DNA from: Eledone cirrhosa
Lineage: Eukaryota
Direction: 5' to 3'
DNA: 64,000 nucleotides
Assembly: GCA_964016885.1 (NCBI GenBank)
Contig: OZ024743.1
Span: 43,400,001-43,464,000 of the forward strand
The translations under genes were made by a program, and so were the position numbers. Shown here piece by piece: positions 1-12,702 of this stretch (the first letter of the stretch is position 1; the number at the start of each line of letters is the position of its first letter). A model generated the notes under the pieces. It ran no database searches. It worked only from the letters and a program-made list of their open reading frames with translations, and was not told the DNA's origin.

Positions 1-342
1 AATATATAAATAGAAATAGAATCTACACACAGAAAAGACGCAATGTTTAGACAAATCACAGAGGCATTTATGTTTATAAATTATCTCCAACCAAAATTAA
101 ATAGAAAACATGAATGGGACAGCAACATGACAACTCACAATTAAGGACAAAATGAAAACGCACACACACACAGAACAAACAACCAACCAGTAACATGGAA
201 ATAAACAAATAAATAAACAAATAGAAACACACACAGACACCTGGATGTAACACATGCGCAAACTAAGCACACAACAAACACAAAAACAAGATGGCGTAGG
301 ACAGAACAAAGGAGAGGCACACAAACAAAAAAATAATCCCCC

Positions 343-394
343 TTCACTGAAGAGGTCACAGAATGTGTGACGAAAGAACTTTGCAATATATGAA
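343..394 (+). ncRNA. Putative (degenerate) type I hammerhead ribozyme in a CA-rich PLE-like 3' UTR fragment (1-520)
   Basis: TTCA-CTGAAGA-G-GTCACA/gaatg/TGTGAC-GAAA-gaactttgcaata-TA-TGAA: core, 6-bp helix II and 4-bp helix I; helix III weak. Shares GTGTGACGAAAGAACT with the motif at 19664-19711. Confidence 0.55.
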
Positions 395-516
395 CAATCG
401 TATGGTTGTGGAACCAACCAACCAACCGGAAATTTATAAATTCAATTTATAATAAATTGAAGTGAAAGCAGATGGTGCGAGTGTTTCTTATTGGCAACAT
501 GACCGTACCAAAGTTT

Positions 517-572
<56 letters not shown>

Positions 573-682
573 CTGTAGCGCCTCATTTCCGTAGGGCCTC
601 ATTTCCCCCTCCATCTCTATTTCTCTTTCTCTCTGTAATACTTGAATATATTATGATTCGGACTTACTTTATTCATGATTGG

Positions 683-744
<62 letters not shown>

Positions 745-749
745 TACGA

Positions 750-3330
750 AATGGATTTCAAAAATGAACAACATACAGGTACGCCATTTTTAAAACAAAC
801 TAAATCTGACACACCACATGCACAACAAATAACAAAAAAAGTAACAAAACGTCCAACATACCCCCCGCAAAACTATAACGATGATCCCAACCCACACAAA
901 GGAACAAAATATACAACCCGGACTATCAACAAACTAAACCTCAATACGTCCGAAACTTCTATACCAGACCACACAACAACAGGGGAAATGCCATTAGATA
1001 TAATACCATTGAAAAAACATTCCAGAAATATCATTTTTTAGACCAACGTTACAGGACCCAAACACCCGGGGGCACAAACCGATTTTGAAAAACTGAAAAT
1101 AATCAACCTTTCAAATACAAACCTCTCAGCCCAACAAGTAAAAATTCTCTCCAAAGGACTGAAATTCACACAAACACCACAATACTCTAACCTCAATGAG
1201 ATAAATGACGATATCTCACACTTCTGTAGAAAATTACGTCTCACAGAGGATTTCTTTGACAAGGAGAATAACGACCAATCAATTGTACGGAATAAAAACA
1301 GCTACAAACCAACAAAAGGCAGAAACAGAGCTCTGGACAAATGTTGTGATCACATAGCTACTTTCCCAGACCGCAACCTAAACCCAATCCCAACACAAGT
1401 CGAAGGGAATGGGAGATTATCCCATGAACTAAAAAACAATACGGACATTATAATTAAGGAAGCGGACAACGCAAGTACTGTTGCATTATGGATGCTGAAA
1501 AATATGAAAATTCTATGCTGTCTCTCTCTTACAAAATACTAATTACTATGAAAGAGTAAAAGACTACCAGCAATCAAAAACAATGACCAGATTATAAACA
1601 CTGATTTGTCGATACCAGGAAGACTTAACTAAAAACGAAGGCGATTATTTAATACATTTTGAATACAAAACCATCAACCATTCCGGACTTCCGAAGTTCC
1701 ACAAGTGTAAAATAATTAACGATGCCTGTAAACAATCCACATCAGCCTGCGTGAACGCATAATACCCCACAGACCTTAAATTAAGACAAATTGTAGCGGG
1801 CCGACAATGTGAAACACACAGACTGAGCAACGTTATAGACATACTACTAACACCAATTCTCAAACACATACCAAGCCTTGTAAGAGACGATCTGGACCTC
1901 TTAAACCATCTCCCCAAATATGTCAACAACAACACTATCACTGTGTCATTCGATGTAGTGAATCTCTACACAACGATCCCACACGAATAAGGACTAGAAG
2001 CAATAGGATTCTGGCTAGAGAAATATTCCAATGAGATACCTGGCAGAATAGTAAAAAGCTTCATCACCGAGGGATTAAAATTTATCTTACAGAACAACTT
2101 TTTTGATTTCGATGGCAGTACTAACAAGCAAATATCGGGGACTGCAAGGGTACAAAAGCCGCTCCAACTTATGCCAACTTAGTCATGGCATACTTAGAAG
2201 TCCATATATATGAACAGTCCAAATCAAAATACGGATTGACCTTCCACAAATATTTATCAGAGAATTGGAAACGCTACTTGGATAATTGCCCAAATCTTTG
2301 GTCCCACACACTAGACCAACTGAATGATTTCAAAAACTTAATAAACGGCATCAATAACCACATCCATTTCACAATGAAATACAGCCAAGATCAACTTCCA
2401 TTTCTGGACAGCTAAATCTTTAAAAAAGACACAATTATTGAAACTGACATACACTACAAACCAACAGATTTCAAACATTACCTGCTATTCACCTCCAGCC
2501 ATCCAAAGCACATGAAGACAAACATACCTTTTAACCTAGCAAGAAGAATTTGCACAATTGTCTCCAATTATGAAACGAGATATAAAAGACTTCAAACATT
2601 AAAGGAAATTCTACTCGAAAGACAGTACCTACCATTACTATGAAATAATGGAATAGAAAGGGCTAAATCAATAGGCATGGATGAATTACGAAAACAGAAA
2701 CAAATTCAAGGTACGTCCAATATTCTATCATATATATCAACACACAACCCAAGAAATACGGAAGCTTACAACACTATTCACAAGAACATCCCACTACTGA
2801 AACAAGACCCAAGAATGAAAAAAGCCCTTGAAACACACAAAATATTCAAAAGCAAAAGACAACCGAAATAACTGAAAACATTACTTCCCAATGCCAAATT
2901 ACCTACCACAAACCCACAACCAACTGTCAAAAAATGTGGTTGCTCTAATTGTGGAACCTGCACTCACCTCATTGAAGGCAACGCGTATACATTTAAATCA
3001 GGACAAAATTTTCCTGTAAAAAATCACTTCACTTGCTCATCAAAAAATCTGTTTTATGCCATTAAATGTAAAGGTTGCAATGAAGATTATATAGGACAAA
3101 CTAAACTCACACTCAGAAACAGAAGGAGAGTTCATCGCCAACAATTACGAGATCCAACCACGAGACAGATACCACTAAGCACACATCTAGACATATGCGC
3201 AAGTAATAAGACACCCACATTCCAAGTCTTCCCATTTTACCTTTGCGCTGACAATACAACAGAACAAATACGAATAAATAAGGAAAATATGTTTATTCAA
3301 AAATATAGACCAGCATTAAATATGGTTTAA
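750..3330 (+). pseudogene. PLE reverse transcriptase / GIY-YIG endonuclease, multiple stops and frameshifts
   Basis: IINLSNTNLS..KILSKGLKFT, GLPKFHK, SFDVVNLYTTIPH, APTYANLVMAYLE, KRYLDNC (YxDD site degraded), LPFLD, C..CGTCTH, FTCSSKNLFYAIKCKGCNEDYIGQT..LRNR..VH; ends KYRPALNMV*. Confidence 0.9.
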
Positions 3331-4244
3331 TATACATTATGTCAACACCATAACATGCTAACCATACTCCCGCACACACATAACGCCCATACGCACACAT
3401 AACACCGCCGCACACACACAACTCCCTCCCCCATTTCTAATAATAGAATAACTTTCCTACACACATATACACACACACAAAATATATATATTCTCTCCAT
3501 CTTAACATACTCCAAAACCAGACACACACACACATAACACCCATACACACACACACACATCTCACTCCCCCATGTCTACTAATAGAATTATCTTCCTATA
3601 CACACACACGCACACACACACAAGCACACAAATAAACATACATATCTTTACTTTCTTTATTTCAATAGAACATCTGAATTATGACACCCCAGCAAACCAG
3701 CCATATTCACTGAACCATTATCTTTTGCTTATCATACAATTCTCTAAAAGGCTACAAAATAACTTCCCAAATACGGGCACGAGATTTAATGAACTTGTTC
3801 ACGTGACAGTCATAATTTTATTTATAACCAATCAAATTATATTTATAAAAAAAAAGCCTTCGTGAGTCACTTTTTTTTTAAGTAAAAAGAAATTCAAACA
3901 AACTTACGCGAAAGCTGATATACTTATTCACGTGACTACATTAACAAACCAAACTTCACTGATATATGAAAAAACAACCTGCTCTATTTACTGAACCAGA
4001 AAACAATTCGTGAGCCCCCTTTTTTTAACTAAAAAGAAATTCAAACACTCATATATGATAAAACAACCTTGTTTAAAGAACTTTGTAACACGAACTGGCG
4101 CGAAATGTATTATACTTATTGACCAACCAATCAAATTACTTCTCTAAAAACGTGGCGTTTCGATCCACTTTTTTCCATATATAACAAGTAACATTCAAAG
4201 ACCAACTAGATGTGAGAAAAACCACAGACCCTCCATCTCAACTC

Positions 4245-4284
4245 TTCTTTTGAAAAGCAGAAGACCTGCGAAACCGGTAAAGGA
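4245..4284 (+). ncRNA. Minimal type I hammerhead ribozyme, U3-A8 core variant
   Basis: TTCTT-TTGAAAA-GCAG/aagac/CTGC-GAAA-CCGG-TA-AAGGA; palindromic CCGG helix III loop; located in the PLE 3' UTR; second copy at 54844-54883. Confidence 0.8.
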
Positions 4285-4354
4285 ACCAAATTAATTATAT
4301 ATTTTTAAAAAAAAAAAAAACTCCAGTTGCATTTTCGATTTCATCTTTTTTCTT

Positions 4355-4401
<47 letters not shown>

Positions 4402-5021
4402 GAAATGAAAAATGGCGTGCTGCCTTGTTGCAAGTGGGATACATATGAATACAATTAAAGCCAGAAGATCACTGATGACGGACGCCCTGTCTTCTTGCTC
4501 TAATTTTATTCATATGCATCCTATATGCAACTACGCAGCACGTCATTTTTCATTTATATTTTTCCTTCCGCTGTGACCAGTCTGTTTCCTTCTTACTGCT
4601 ATCCTCTTTCTCTCCCCCTGTATCTCTCAACTTCATTTCACCCCTTCTGCCAGTCACTCTCTATCAGCTGCCCTCTTCCTCACACTTTCACTCACTCACT
4701 TCTGCTACTCCCGCCTCTCACTTCCTCCCGTCTGACATGTGTGAAATCCTTTTCTCGCTTACATCTCACATGGCTCGGACGCGTCTGTGTCTCTCCTCGT
4801 CCATGATTTGATTGAACTTAAGTTCTCAGATATAAGGAACTTGTTTCTCCTCTTCCTCTCTCTCCATTGCATTACCATCTCTGTTTGTTTACATTTTCCG
4901 CTCGCTTCACTCTATTCTACGTGTCCCAATAACTCTTTTTAGTTATTGCTCGCACCAGCCAGCGGTATATGATCTTTAATGCGAAGAAATACCAATGACG
5001 GCTGGATGATCACTAATTTTA

Positions 5022-5091
<70 letters not shown>

Positions 5092-5561
5092 TGGAGTAAG
5101 TGAGAGAGAGAGAGAAACAAGGTAGTATAGTGAATAAGAAGCATCGTGTAATACGTAATAAACAAATTATATTTTTCCAAAACCAGTAAAATTCGGTCGG
5201 ATGACAAATAAGACGAAACAAATATTGTTTTACGCAGTATATTTCAACATGGTATTTCAGGGTAAAAACTATCTTGTCAGATATGAAACACAGACACGTC
5301 AAAACAAAAACAATGTGGGTAATTTCAGAATCAAAGGTGAATTATCATGAAACTATCACTTATCTGCGACTTTATCATGATAATGAAGCCACAGATAAGT
5401 GATAGTTTTCAAACATTGACCACTATAACAGCCACATGTATGGATATTTCAGAGACGTAAAACAGTCAGGGAAATTTTCAACGATCGTTTGATATAGCTT
5501 CGAACCGTTTTGAAAGTGTTTATCATGTTTTCAATATACAGGGAAATTCCTATTTTCTGGC

Positions 5562-5628
5562 ATATTTACATGCCTACATATATATTTATACACGTTTGTA
5601 AAGTCTCGGTTATAGAGTCTGTATTTAT

Positions 5629-5664
<36 letters not shown>

Positions 5665-5719
5665 TCTATATCCGAGACTTTACAAACATGTATAAATATA
5701 TATGTAGGCATGTAAATAT
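5562..5719. repeat. Inverted repeat (~63-bp arms) around a (TA)n spacer
   Basis: 5562-5624 is the near-perfect reverse complement of 5657-5719 (e.g. GTAAAGTCTCGGTTATAGAGTCT / AGACTCTATATCCGAGACTTTAC). Confidence 0.85.
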
Positions 5720-5728
5720 ATATATATA

Positions 5729-5781
<53 letters not shown>

Positions 5782-7786
5782 CAGGTGGGTAGCTTGAAAC
5801 AACGTGTGTCTGTGTGTTAGTGCAGCTTTAGTTTGTATCTCCATGGGTAGAATAAAAAAAAACAAGTTATCTACTTTCAAGTTTTCTTGAGCGTATATGC
5901 GGTCGCGGGGGACTGTACGTTTTTGTTTGTTGTTTTTTTTGTAACATTTGACTATTTTATACATATTCTTAAATTCTTTTTGATAGGATTTCAAAGAATA
6001 TTTAGCTTGTTGTGCAATTGCCGTGCCTTGCCTAAATACTTAATCGAAAATATATGCAATTTTCTTTATATTAATATATTTTCATACTTCCAGCTGCTTC
6101 TGTGCACATGCAACAATGTGAATAACTACTTTATTTCCTTTTTAAGATCTACCGAAAATATATTGACTGAGCATATTTTCCAAGGCTTTTGCAAACTTCA
6201 TTTTAATCAACACAACACTTTATCCTTATCTTTGTCTCTTCATATTTGTAGCAACTAGTATGTGAAATTCTAAATCAACGATAAATCTCATATGTTCTGT
6301 TATTAGCGATAAATTTCAGTCTCACTCATCGCATCTCAACGCTTGAATTATTCAAAATATTTCAAATGTTGGTTCTTTTTTATTTCTAGCTAAGTATTCG
6401 TTCATAATTTATACCTCTAATATCATTCTACATTGTTGCAAAAATTCTTCCGAAGACTAAAATTATAAACATTTAAAACTCAGTTTTAAAAATCATAAGT
6501 TTATTATTCTCTATTGAACGTCCTCTTGCTTACATTTGTCGGGATGTTGAAGCTACATGATCCCTACGTTGAGTAGAGCACTTGTGTTATTTAGTTATAT
6601 TGTTTTACATTCATATATCCAATCGTAAAAAAATCGTATTTGATTTTCAGGTGCGGGGAGGGATAAAACTTAGTGCAAGTAAATTATTGATCTCGATTTG
6701 ATGGATAATACCGTTCCATCATATCAGCTATTTACCTTAGAAAGTTATATTAAAATCAAATTAAATGAAATAGTACGCAGTGACTCGTCATTATAATTGT
6801 GCTAGTATACTTTGTTATATTTTGTTTACATTTTATTGTCCTATTCGTAATTGTTTTGAAAACAACCTGCCTCTGGAATTGTGATGCAAAGCTTTTAATT
6901 TTAAAATATTTCTATTCAAATTCTTGCTTTATAAATATACGTATGAGACATTTGTTCTTCCAAAGACCAGGATATGGTCACTTGGTTTCGTAAATCATTC
7001 ATTTTATTTTGGTAATTATTTAGAAATTTCTCACGGGAAGCATATCGCTATTGAAATATGGTCATAAAGTGTTTTTTTTCTATGTTTTCTGCACTACATG
7101 CCTAACCTAGTCTACTTTATGGTAGTTGACACGAATGTGCAAATGCCAATTTACTTTAAACAATAAACCTGTGAAATAACTTCCAATGTTGTTTTTCGTC
7201 GTATATGGAATTACAACGTTCATTCTTTCCACTCCGCCATAACTACACGATGAAAGTCATCTTTTGCTCTGTCACTACTGTTTCTCACGTTCAATATCTC
7301 GCTTCATATGGAAAAATGTGCTGCGAGCCACTTTATATCCTCGCACCCCAAATTATGAAAAAATTAGAATTTTATGTTGAAAATAGAACAACATATCAAC
7401 TGCCTCCGAGAATATGTGGAATCAATGAATGCGACTAATTATCTAAAAATGTATTCTAATTCAGTCGTAATACCAGAAGACTGCGGGTGGGGGGTGATTA
7501 AATTAACCCCATGACTTCACTGGTATTATCGTAAGCAATTTTGTTTGGATGAAAGGCAAAGTTAACGTTGGCAGCTTTTTATCTCGCAGTGGACGGAACC
7601 GGAAAAAATAATTCCAATGAATACAGTAAATTTGTAGAATATGAAACGTAAATAATCACTAACATTTCGCACAACAAAATAGATATGACTTATGCCAGGA
7701 TTAAGAATATATAGACCCGCGTTCAAATAATTCCGGACATAATTTACGCAAGGACGTGTGTGATTCGAAGAAATATATAATGCATC

Positions 7787-7787
<1 letters not shown>

Positions 7788-7817
<30 letters not shown>

Positions 7818-7953
7818 CTTCTTCTTCTTCTTCTTCTTCTTCTTCTTCTTCTTCTTCTTCTTCTTCTTCTTCTTCTTCTTCTTCTTCTTCTTCTTCTTCT
7901 TCTTCTTCTTCTTCTTCTTCTTCTTCTTCTTCTTCTTCTTCTTCTTCTTCTTC
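7788..7953. repeat. (CTT)n microsatellite
   Basis: Perfect trinucleotide array; source of the poly-R and poly-F ORFs. Confidence 0.98.
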
Positions 7954-7963
7954 CGTTTTTAAT

Positions 7964-8008
<45 letters not shown>

Positions 8009-8054
8009 TATACACACACACATGCACACACACATACACACAAACATATATATA

Positions 8055-8080
<26 letters not shown>

Positions 8081-8086
<6 letters not shown>

Positions 8087-8803
8087 GATTTGAATGGATA
8101 CTGTTTAGTTGACAGGAATTTATTGACACGTGTTTCTATAACAGTTACATAACCTAAAACAGCTGCTATCTACAAACTTTTAGTTATGCAGACATTCAAT
8201 ATTTCAATGTTATTATTTACTGTCATTTCATCAGAATAATATTACTGAGGACCTATTTAGTTTTTATAGAGAATATTAGGAGGGAGGGGTGAAGTTGTTA
8301 GAAGAATAGTTGAAGGAGTGGTTTTTCGATAGCAGTGAGAATTCTTGGTGGCAGTGAGTAATTAGATTCCCATCTGTTGTTTTGACATTTTTTATAGAAT
8401 ATATTATTGGTTATTTTTCTAAATCTATAGAAGGATTAGAGATAGTAAAGATATGCGTGGTTGGTTTTGTGTTTGCACTTAATTAACATTCAGACTTAAA
8501 TTTTTCTTTCAAGTGTACGTATCCTTTCACCCACGCATTCACACACAAATATATTTGCACACCTCTACAAAATACATATACTCACAATTCACATATTCAT
8601 ACTTACATATATATACACATGCATACACATACATATACACACATGTATTCATGTACATACATACGCGCTCATGTGTATACATTTTCATACTCAACTTATC
8701 TTTATATATACACGTATAGACACACACATATATACATACATACTCTAGTCCATGTGTACACACATACACATACATACACATCCATATACACATATATACA
8801 TAC

Positions 8804-8872
<69 letters not shown>

Positions 8873-9152
8873 AGCACTTTAATACATGAATACACTTACA
8901 TCTAACTATACACATCAAACATATATATATATTTACTTATTTATATACATTTTCACATATATATACATACTTATGGACGTTTTTAGACACATTCATTATC
9001 GCATATTTGTACCTATTCTCATCAGCATATCTTTTCATTATTAGTATGGTAATTTAAGGTTATTAATATATGTTGAGAAGAGATTGTTTTTATATTTTTC
9101 TAACTAGATTAAGGTTTATATAGTTGGGGGATGTCCCTCTTTTATGTAATAT
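8081..9152 (-). repeat. 3' pseudo-LTR of the Naiad-like PLE
   Basis: Near-identical to 11629-12702; includes the ORF stop, an internal (TA)n/(CA) tract and a hammerhead. Confidence 0.95.
8120..8239 (-). ncRNA. Type I hammerhead ribozyme with large helix II insertion
   Basis: Minus strand: TTATT-CTGATGA-a-ATGACAGT...~70 nt...ACTGTTAT-a-GAAA-CACGTG-TC-AATAA; palindromic helix III; GUC cleavage site. Confidence 0.75.
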
Positions 9153-11463
9153 TCGGCTTGTAGTGGGAAAAAAGGGTTTTAGTTCTGTGACGGCAGAATA
9201 ATGTTCGTTCAATTCTGTTATTCAGCAGTTTCTTCTTGTGTGTGATTATGTAATAAATCTCAAGATTACACAATTTGCAGAAATTTTGGCTCCTGGAAAA
9301 GCTTTGGGTTTTAGCTAATTTTTCCCATTTTAGGGTAAACTTTTGGTCGCTATCCCTGAGCGTCCAAGCTTTTTCTGCTAAAGTTGTTACATTTCTTTGG
9401 CTCTGGTGTTTTATTGAGTAAGAATGCCTATACAATCGAGATTTAAACGATGTTGCCGTTGATCCCACGTAATACCACTCGTTGCCTCCGGATTTAATGG
9501 TACACTTATAAATAATATTTTTTTCCAGGCAGTTATTGCCGAGGGGGCAGTTGTCAGGATAGGTGCAGTTACAGTTGTGTACGTTGGGTTTTCTCTGGAG
9601 TAGTATTGCGGACGAACTTAGGTATGGTTTATTTATGTTCTGTAGTGTATTGTCTACTGTTTTTTTTGTGTTCTTTGTACTTAAGTTCTTAGTGTTTTCG
9701 TTTAACCTTTTAGTATTGATCTTTTTTATGTGTTGTTCAAGGTTTAATGCTGTAGAGTATGACAGTCTTATAGTGGTAGGGTTTAGGATTTTGTGGTATT
9801 TGTGTGATGTGGGAAAATGTCTTTTAATTATTTTAAAGAAGAGTACTGGTAAATTTGTACTAATGGAGCTATTGTATTCGGGGTTATACCATAAGTACTC
9901 TTTGCATCGCTTTCTATTAGTTTTGTTTGTTGGTTTACTGGTGTGCATACTATGGTAGTAAGTGTGGTTTGGTGTTGTGTTATTATATCTACCTATGTGG
10001 GATTTATTTTGGGTGTTTTGATTGTTCCCATCTATGTACTCTATTTTGTTGAGGTAGCCTGCTTTACTAAGGGCGTTATCGTAGTACTCGGCGTGTTCCT
10101 TAAATACTTGTATGTTAGAAGATAGACCCGAGATTCTAAGGGAAATATTTTTAGGGATAGATTTAATTATAGAGATGGGGTGGTTAAACCCAACATTTAC
10201 GTATTTGAGATTTTCATTCAATTTATGAAACGGTTTAATCAAACCAGAATTTAAATTGAGTGTGACGTCCAGGAAGTTAACTACTTTAAGGTTGTATTCA
10301 TATGTTATAGTTAGTCCTATTTCGAGTAGTAGTTTTCTTATATCTTTGCGTAGTTTTTCTAGTTTTGGGTTATTAAGGTTTTTAGCTAGGAGGAGAACAT
10401 CGTCGCGGTATATTCCGCCGTGGAGATTGCTGAATTTTTCCTGGAGTCTAAAGGCGATAAATAACCCCACAATATCAGTTATTTCCGCCGAATCGTTGGA
10501 GCCCATTGTTATGTCAAAGTTAGAGGGTCTATCTTTACGTACCCAATAACTGTTCTCAAATTTGACTATAGTTTTCCTAGCTTCTAATATAATCTTAATT
10601 TCATCGTTTGTAAGGTCAGAGTTATCCTTAGCAAACTTAATGGCTCTATTCAAAGTTTCAGGTGATATCGATGAGTAATATTCATCGATATCAAACTGGA
10701 TAAACTTAGATGTATTCTTATTGCTAATGCTATTAAACCAACTTATTGCTTCTTGGGTCTTCCCCCAGAGTTTAATGTTAACCTTAGCCTTAATTTGGGG
10801 GATGATTCTATCTAAGATATATTTGCTTATTTTACCTATATCTGATTTAGAGGGGCAGATTAATCTAATTTTAGGGTCATTATCAAAGTTTACCTTGTGG
10901 TCCTTAAGATTGAAGGTGGGTACCGCCGATAAGAGTGGTCCTGTCCTATCTTCGATTCCGAGATTTTTCACTATTTCGCATGCCTCATCATTGATGTGCT
11001 TAAGGGTTACTTCACTCGTTTTTCTATACTTTTTATGTAATTCTTTTCGAATGAAGTTGTTGTATGTAGTGCAATCCATAGTGTACAGGTTTGATGTTTT
11101 GTCCGCTTTTACTACAATTCCTTTTGTGTTTTTAAGGTCGTCCAGTAGTTTTTTTATATCTTTCTGTAATTTGCTGTTGGTGTTGCGTCCTTTGAATTTA
11201 ATTTTAAGGATTAAGTTCATAAGGTCCTGCTCAAATGCATCTAATAGTGGGTTGGTGGGTGGGTTTTTACAAGTCCTAAAACCGAATTTGTTGTTTACAC
11301 CACTTTCTAATGTTGAGTTCATACGGCTTCTATCATAGTGGAGCGTTTTCCACCTGACACGTCGAATGAATTCATTAGTTTTTTGAATCATGCTCAACAA
11401 ATATTCCTTTCTACCTTGGGTTGGTATGTTTTTGAGTGACATATCCAGGTAGTGTTTTTCCAT
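9142..11463 (-). CDS. PLE polyprotein: reverse transcriptase + GIY-YIG endonuclease (773 aa, intact)
   Basis: SLKNIP..RRVRWK N-terminus, ADKTSNLY, LKDHK..RLICP, QFDIDEYYSSI, FDITMGSNDSAE, GIYRDDVL, NFLDVTLNL, CNC..CPLGNNCL, NIIYKC..YYVGST..FKSRLYRH, CKLC, CRHR. Confidence 0.95.
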   Translation of the reverse strand: MEKHYLDMSLKNIPTQGRKEYLLSMIQKTNEFIRRVRWKTLHYDRSRMNSTLESGVNNKFGFRTCKNPPTNPLLDAFEQDLMNLILKIKFKGRNTNSKLQKDIKKLLDDLKNTKGIVVKADKTSNLYTMDCTTYNNFIRKELHKKYRKTSEVTLKHINDEACEIVKNLGIEDRTGPLLSAVPTFNLKDHKVNFDNDPKIRLICPSKSDIGKISKYILDRIIPQIKAKVNIKLWGKTQEAISWFNSISNKNTSKFIQFDIDEYYSSISPETLNRAIKFAKDNSDLTNDEIKIILEARKTIVKFENSYWVRKDRPSNFDITMGSNDSAEITDIVGLFIAFRLQEKFSNLHGGIYRDDVLLLAKNLNNPKLEKLRKDIRKLLLEIGLTITYEYNLKVVNFLDVTLNLNSGLIKPFHKLNENLKYVNVGFNHPISIIKSIPKNISLRISGLSSNIQVFKEHAEYYDNALSKAGYLNKIEYIDGNNQNTQNKSHIGRYNNTTPNHTYYHSMHTSKPTNKTNRKRCKEYLWYNPEYNSSISTNLPVLFFKIIKRHFPTSHKYHKILNPTTIRLSYSTALNLEQHIKKINTKRLNENTKNLSTKNTKKTVDNTLQNINKPYLSSSAILLQRKPNVHNCNCTYPDNCPLGNNCLEKNIIYKCTIKSGGNEWYYVGSTATSFKSRLYRHSYSIKHQSQRNVTTLAEKAWTLRDSDQKFTLKWEKLAKTQSFSRSQNFCKLCNLEIYYIITHKKKLLNNRIERTLFCRHRTKTLFSHYKPNIT

Positions 11464-11628
11464 TGTTGTGGTTGCGTTTGCTGTGTGGGTTGCTCGACTT
11501 TACAGGAGGTAAATATACAGTATTTTCCGTTGTGTTGTAATATAAATATTACACACAGTAGATTATCAGCTCACGTAGAGTTTGCTCGACGGTTCCAGTT
11601 GTAGTTCCAAAAGTAATCCGGAGAAAAA

Positions 11629-12351
11629 TAGAAAGATTTGAATGGATACAGTTTAGTTGAAGGGAATTTATTGACACGTGTTTCTATAACAGTTACATAA
11701 CCTAAAACAGCTGCTATCTACAAACTTTTAGTTATGCAGACATTCAATATTTCAATGTTATTATTTACTGTCATTTCATCAGAATAATATTACTGAGGAC
11801 CTATTTAGTTGTTATAGAGAATATTAGGAGGGAGGGGTGAAGTTGTTAGAAGAATAGTTGAAGGAGTGGTTTTTCGATAGCAGTGAGAATTCTTGGTGGC
11901 AGTGAGTAATTAGATTCCCATCTGTTGTTTTGACATTTTTTATAGAATATATTATTGGTTATTTTTCTAAATCTATAGAAGGATTAGAGATAGTAAAGAT
12001 ATGCGTGGTTGGTTTTGTGTTTGCACTTAATTAACATTCAGACTTAAATTTTTCTTTCAAGTGTACGTATCCTTTCACCCACGCATTCACACACAAATAT
12101 ATTTGCACACCTCTACAAAATACATATACTCACAATTCACATATTCATACTTACATATATATACACATGCATACACATATATATACACACATGTATTCAT
12201 GTACATACATACGCGCTCATGTGTATACATTTTCATACTCAACTTATCTTTATATACACACGTATAGACACACACATATATACATACATACTCTAGTCCA
12301 TGTGTACACACATACACATACATACACATCCATATACACATATATACATAC

Positions 12352-12422
<71 letters not shown>

Positions 12423-12702
12423 AGCACTTTAATACATGAATACACTTACATCTAACTATACACATCAAACATATATATATATTTACTTATTTATATACAT
12501 TTTCACATATATATACATACTTATGGACGTGTTTAGACACATTCATTATCGCATATTTGTACCTATTCTCATCAGCATATCTTTTCATTATTAGTATGGT
12601 AATTTAAGGTTATTAATATATGTTGAGAAGAGATTGTTTTTATATTTTTCTAACTAGATTAAGGTTTATATAGTTGGGGGATGTCCCTCTTTTATGTAAT
12701 AT
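11629..12702 (-). repeat. 5' pseudo-LTR of the Naiad-like PLE
   Basis: Direct repeat of 8081-9152 with only a handful of differences. Confidence 0.95.
11668..11787 (-). ncRNA. Type I hammerhead ribozyme (copy in 5' pseudo-LTR)
   Basis: Same sequence as 8120-8239, offset 3548. Confidence 0.75.

Larger units (their letters stand above)
745..4357 (+). mobile_element. Decayed Penelope-like retroelement (Neptune-like), inserted in (TA)n
   Basis: Flanked by (TA)n on both sides; disrupted RT+GIY-YIG ORF followed by a ~1-kb 3' UTR with a hammerhead; a 3' UTR paralog lies at 54480-54955. Confidence 0.9.

Noticed and set aside
8190-8240. SECIS-like ATGA..AAA..GA pattern (minus strand) in the Naiad pLTR; some Naiads encode selenoproteins
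   Set aside because: The stem is too short and poorly paired, the 773-aa ORF has no in-frame TGA, and the same bases fit a hammerhead better.
9563-11338. Plus-strand ORFs up to 205 aa overlapping the PLE ORF
   Set aside because: Antisense shadows of the real ORF with no recognisable motifs.
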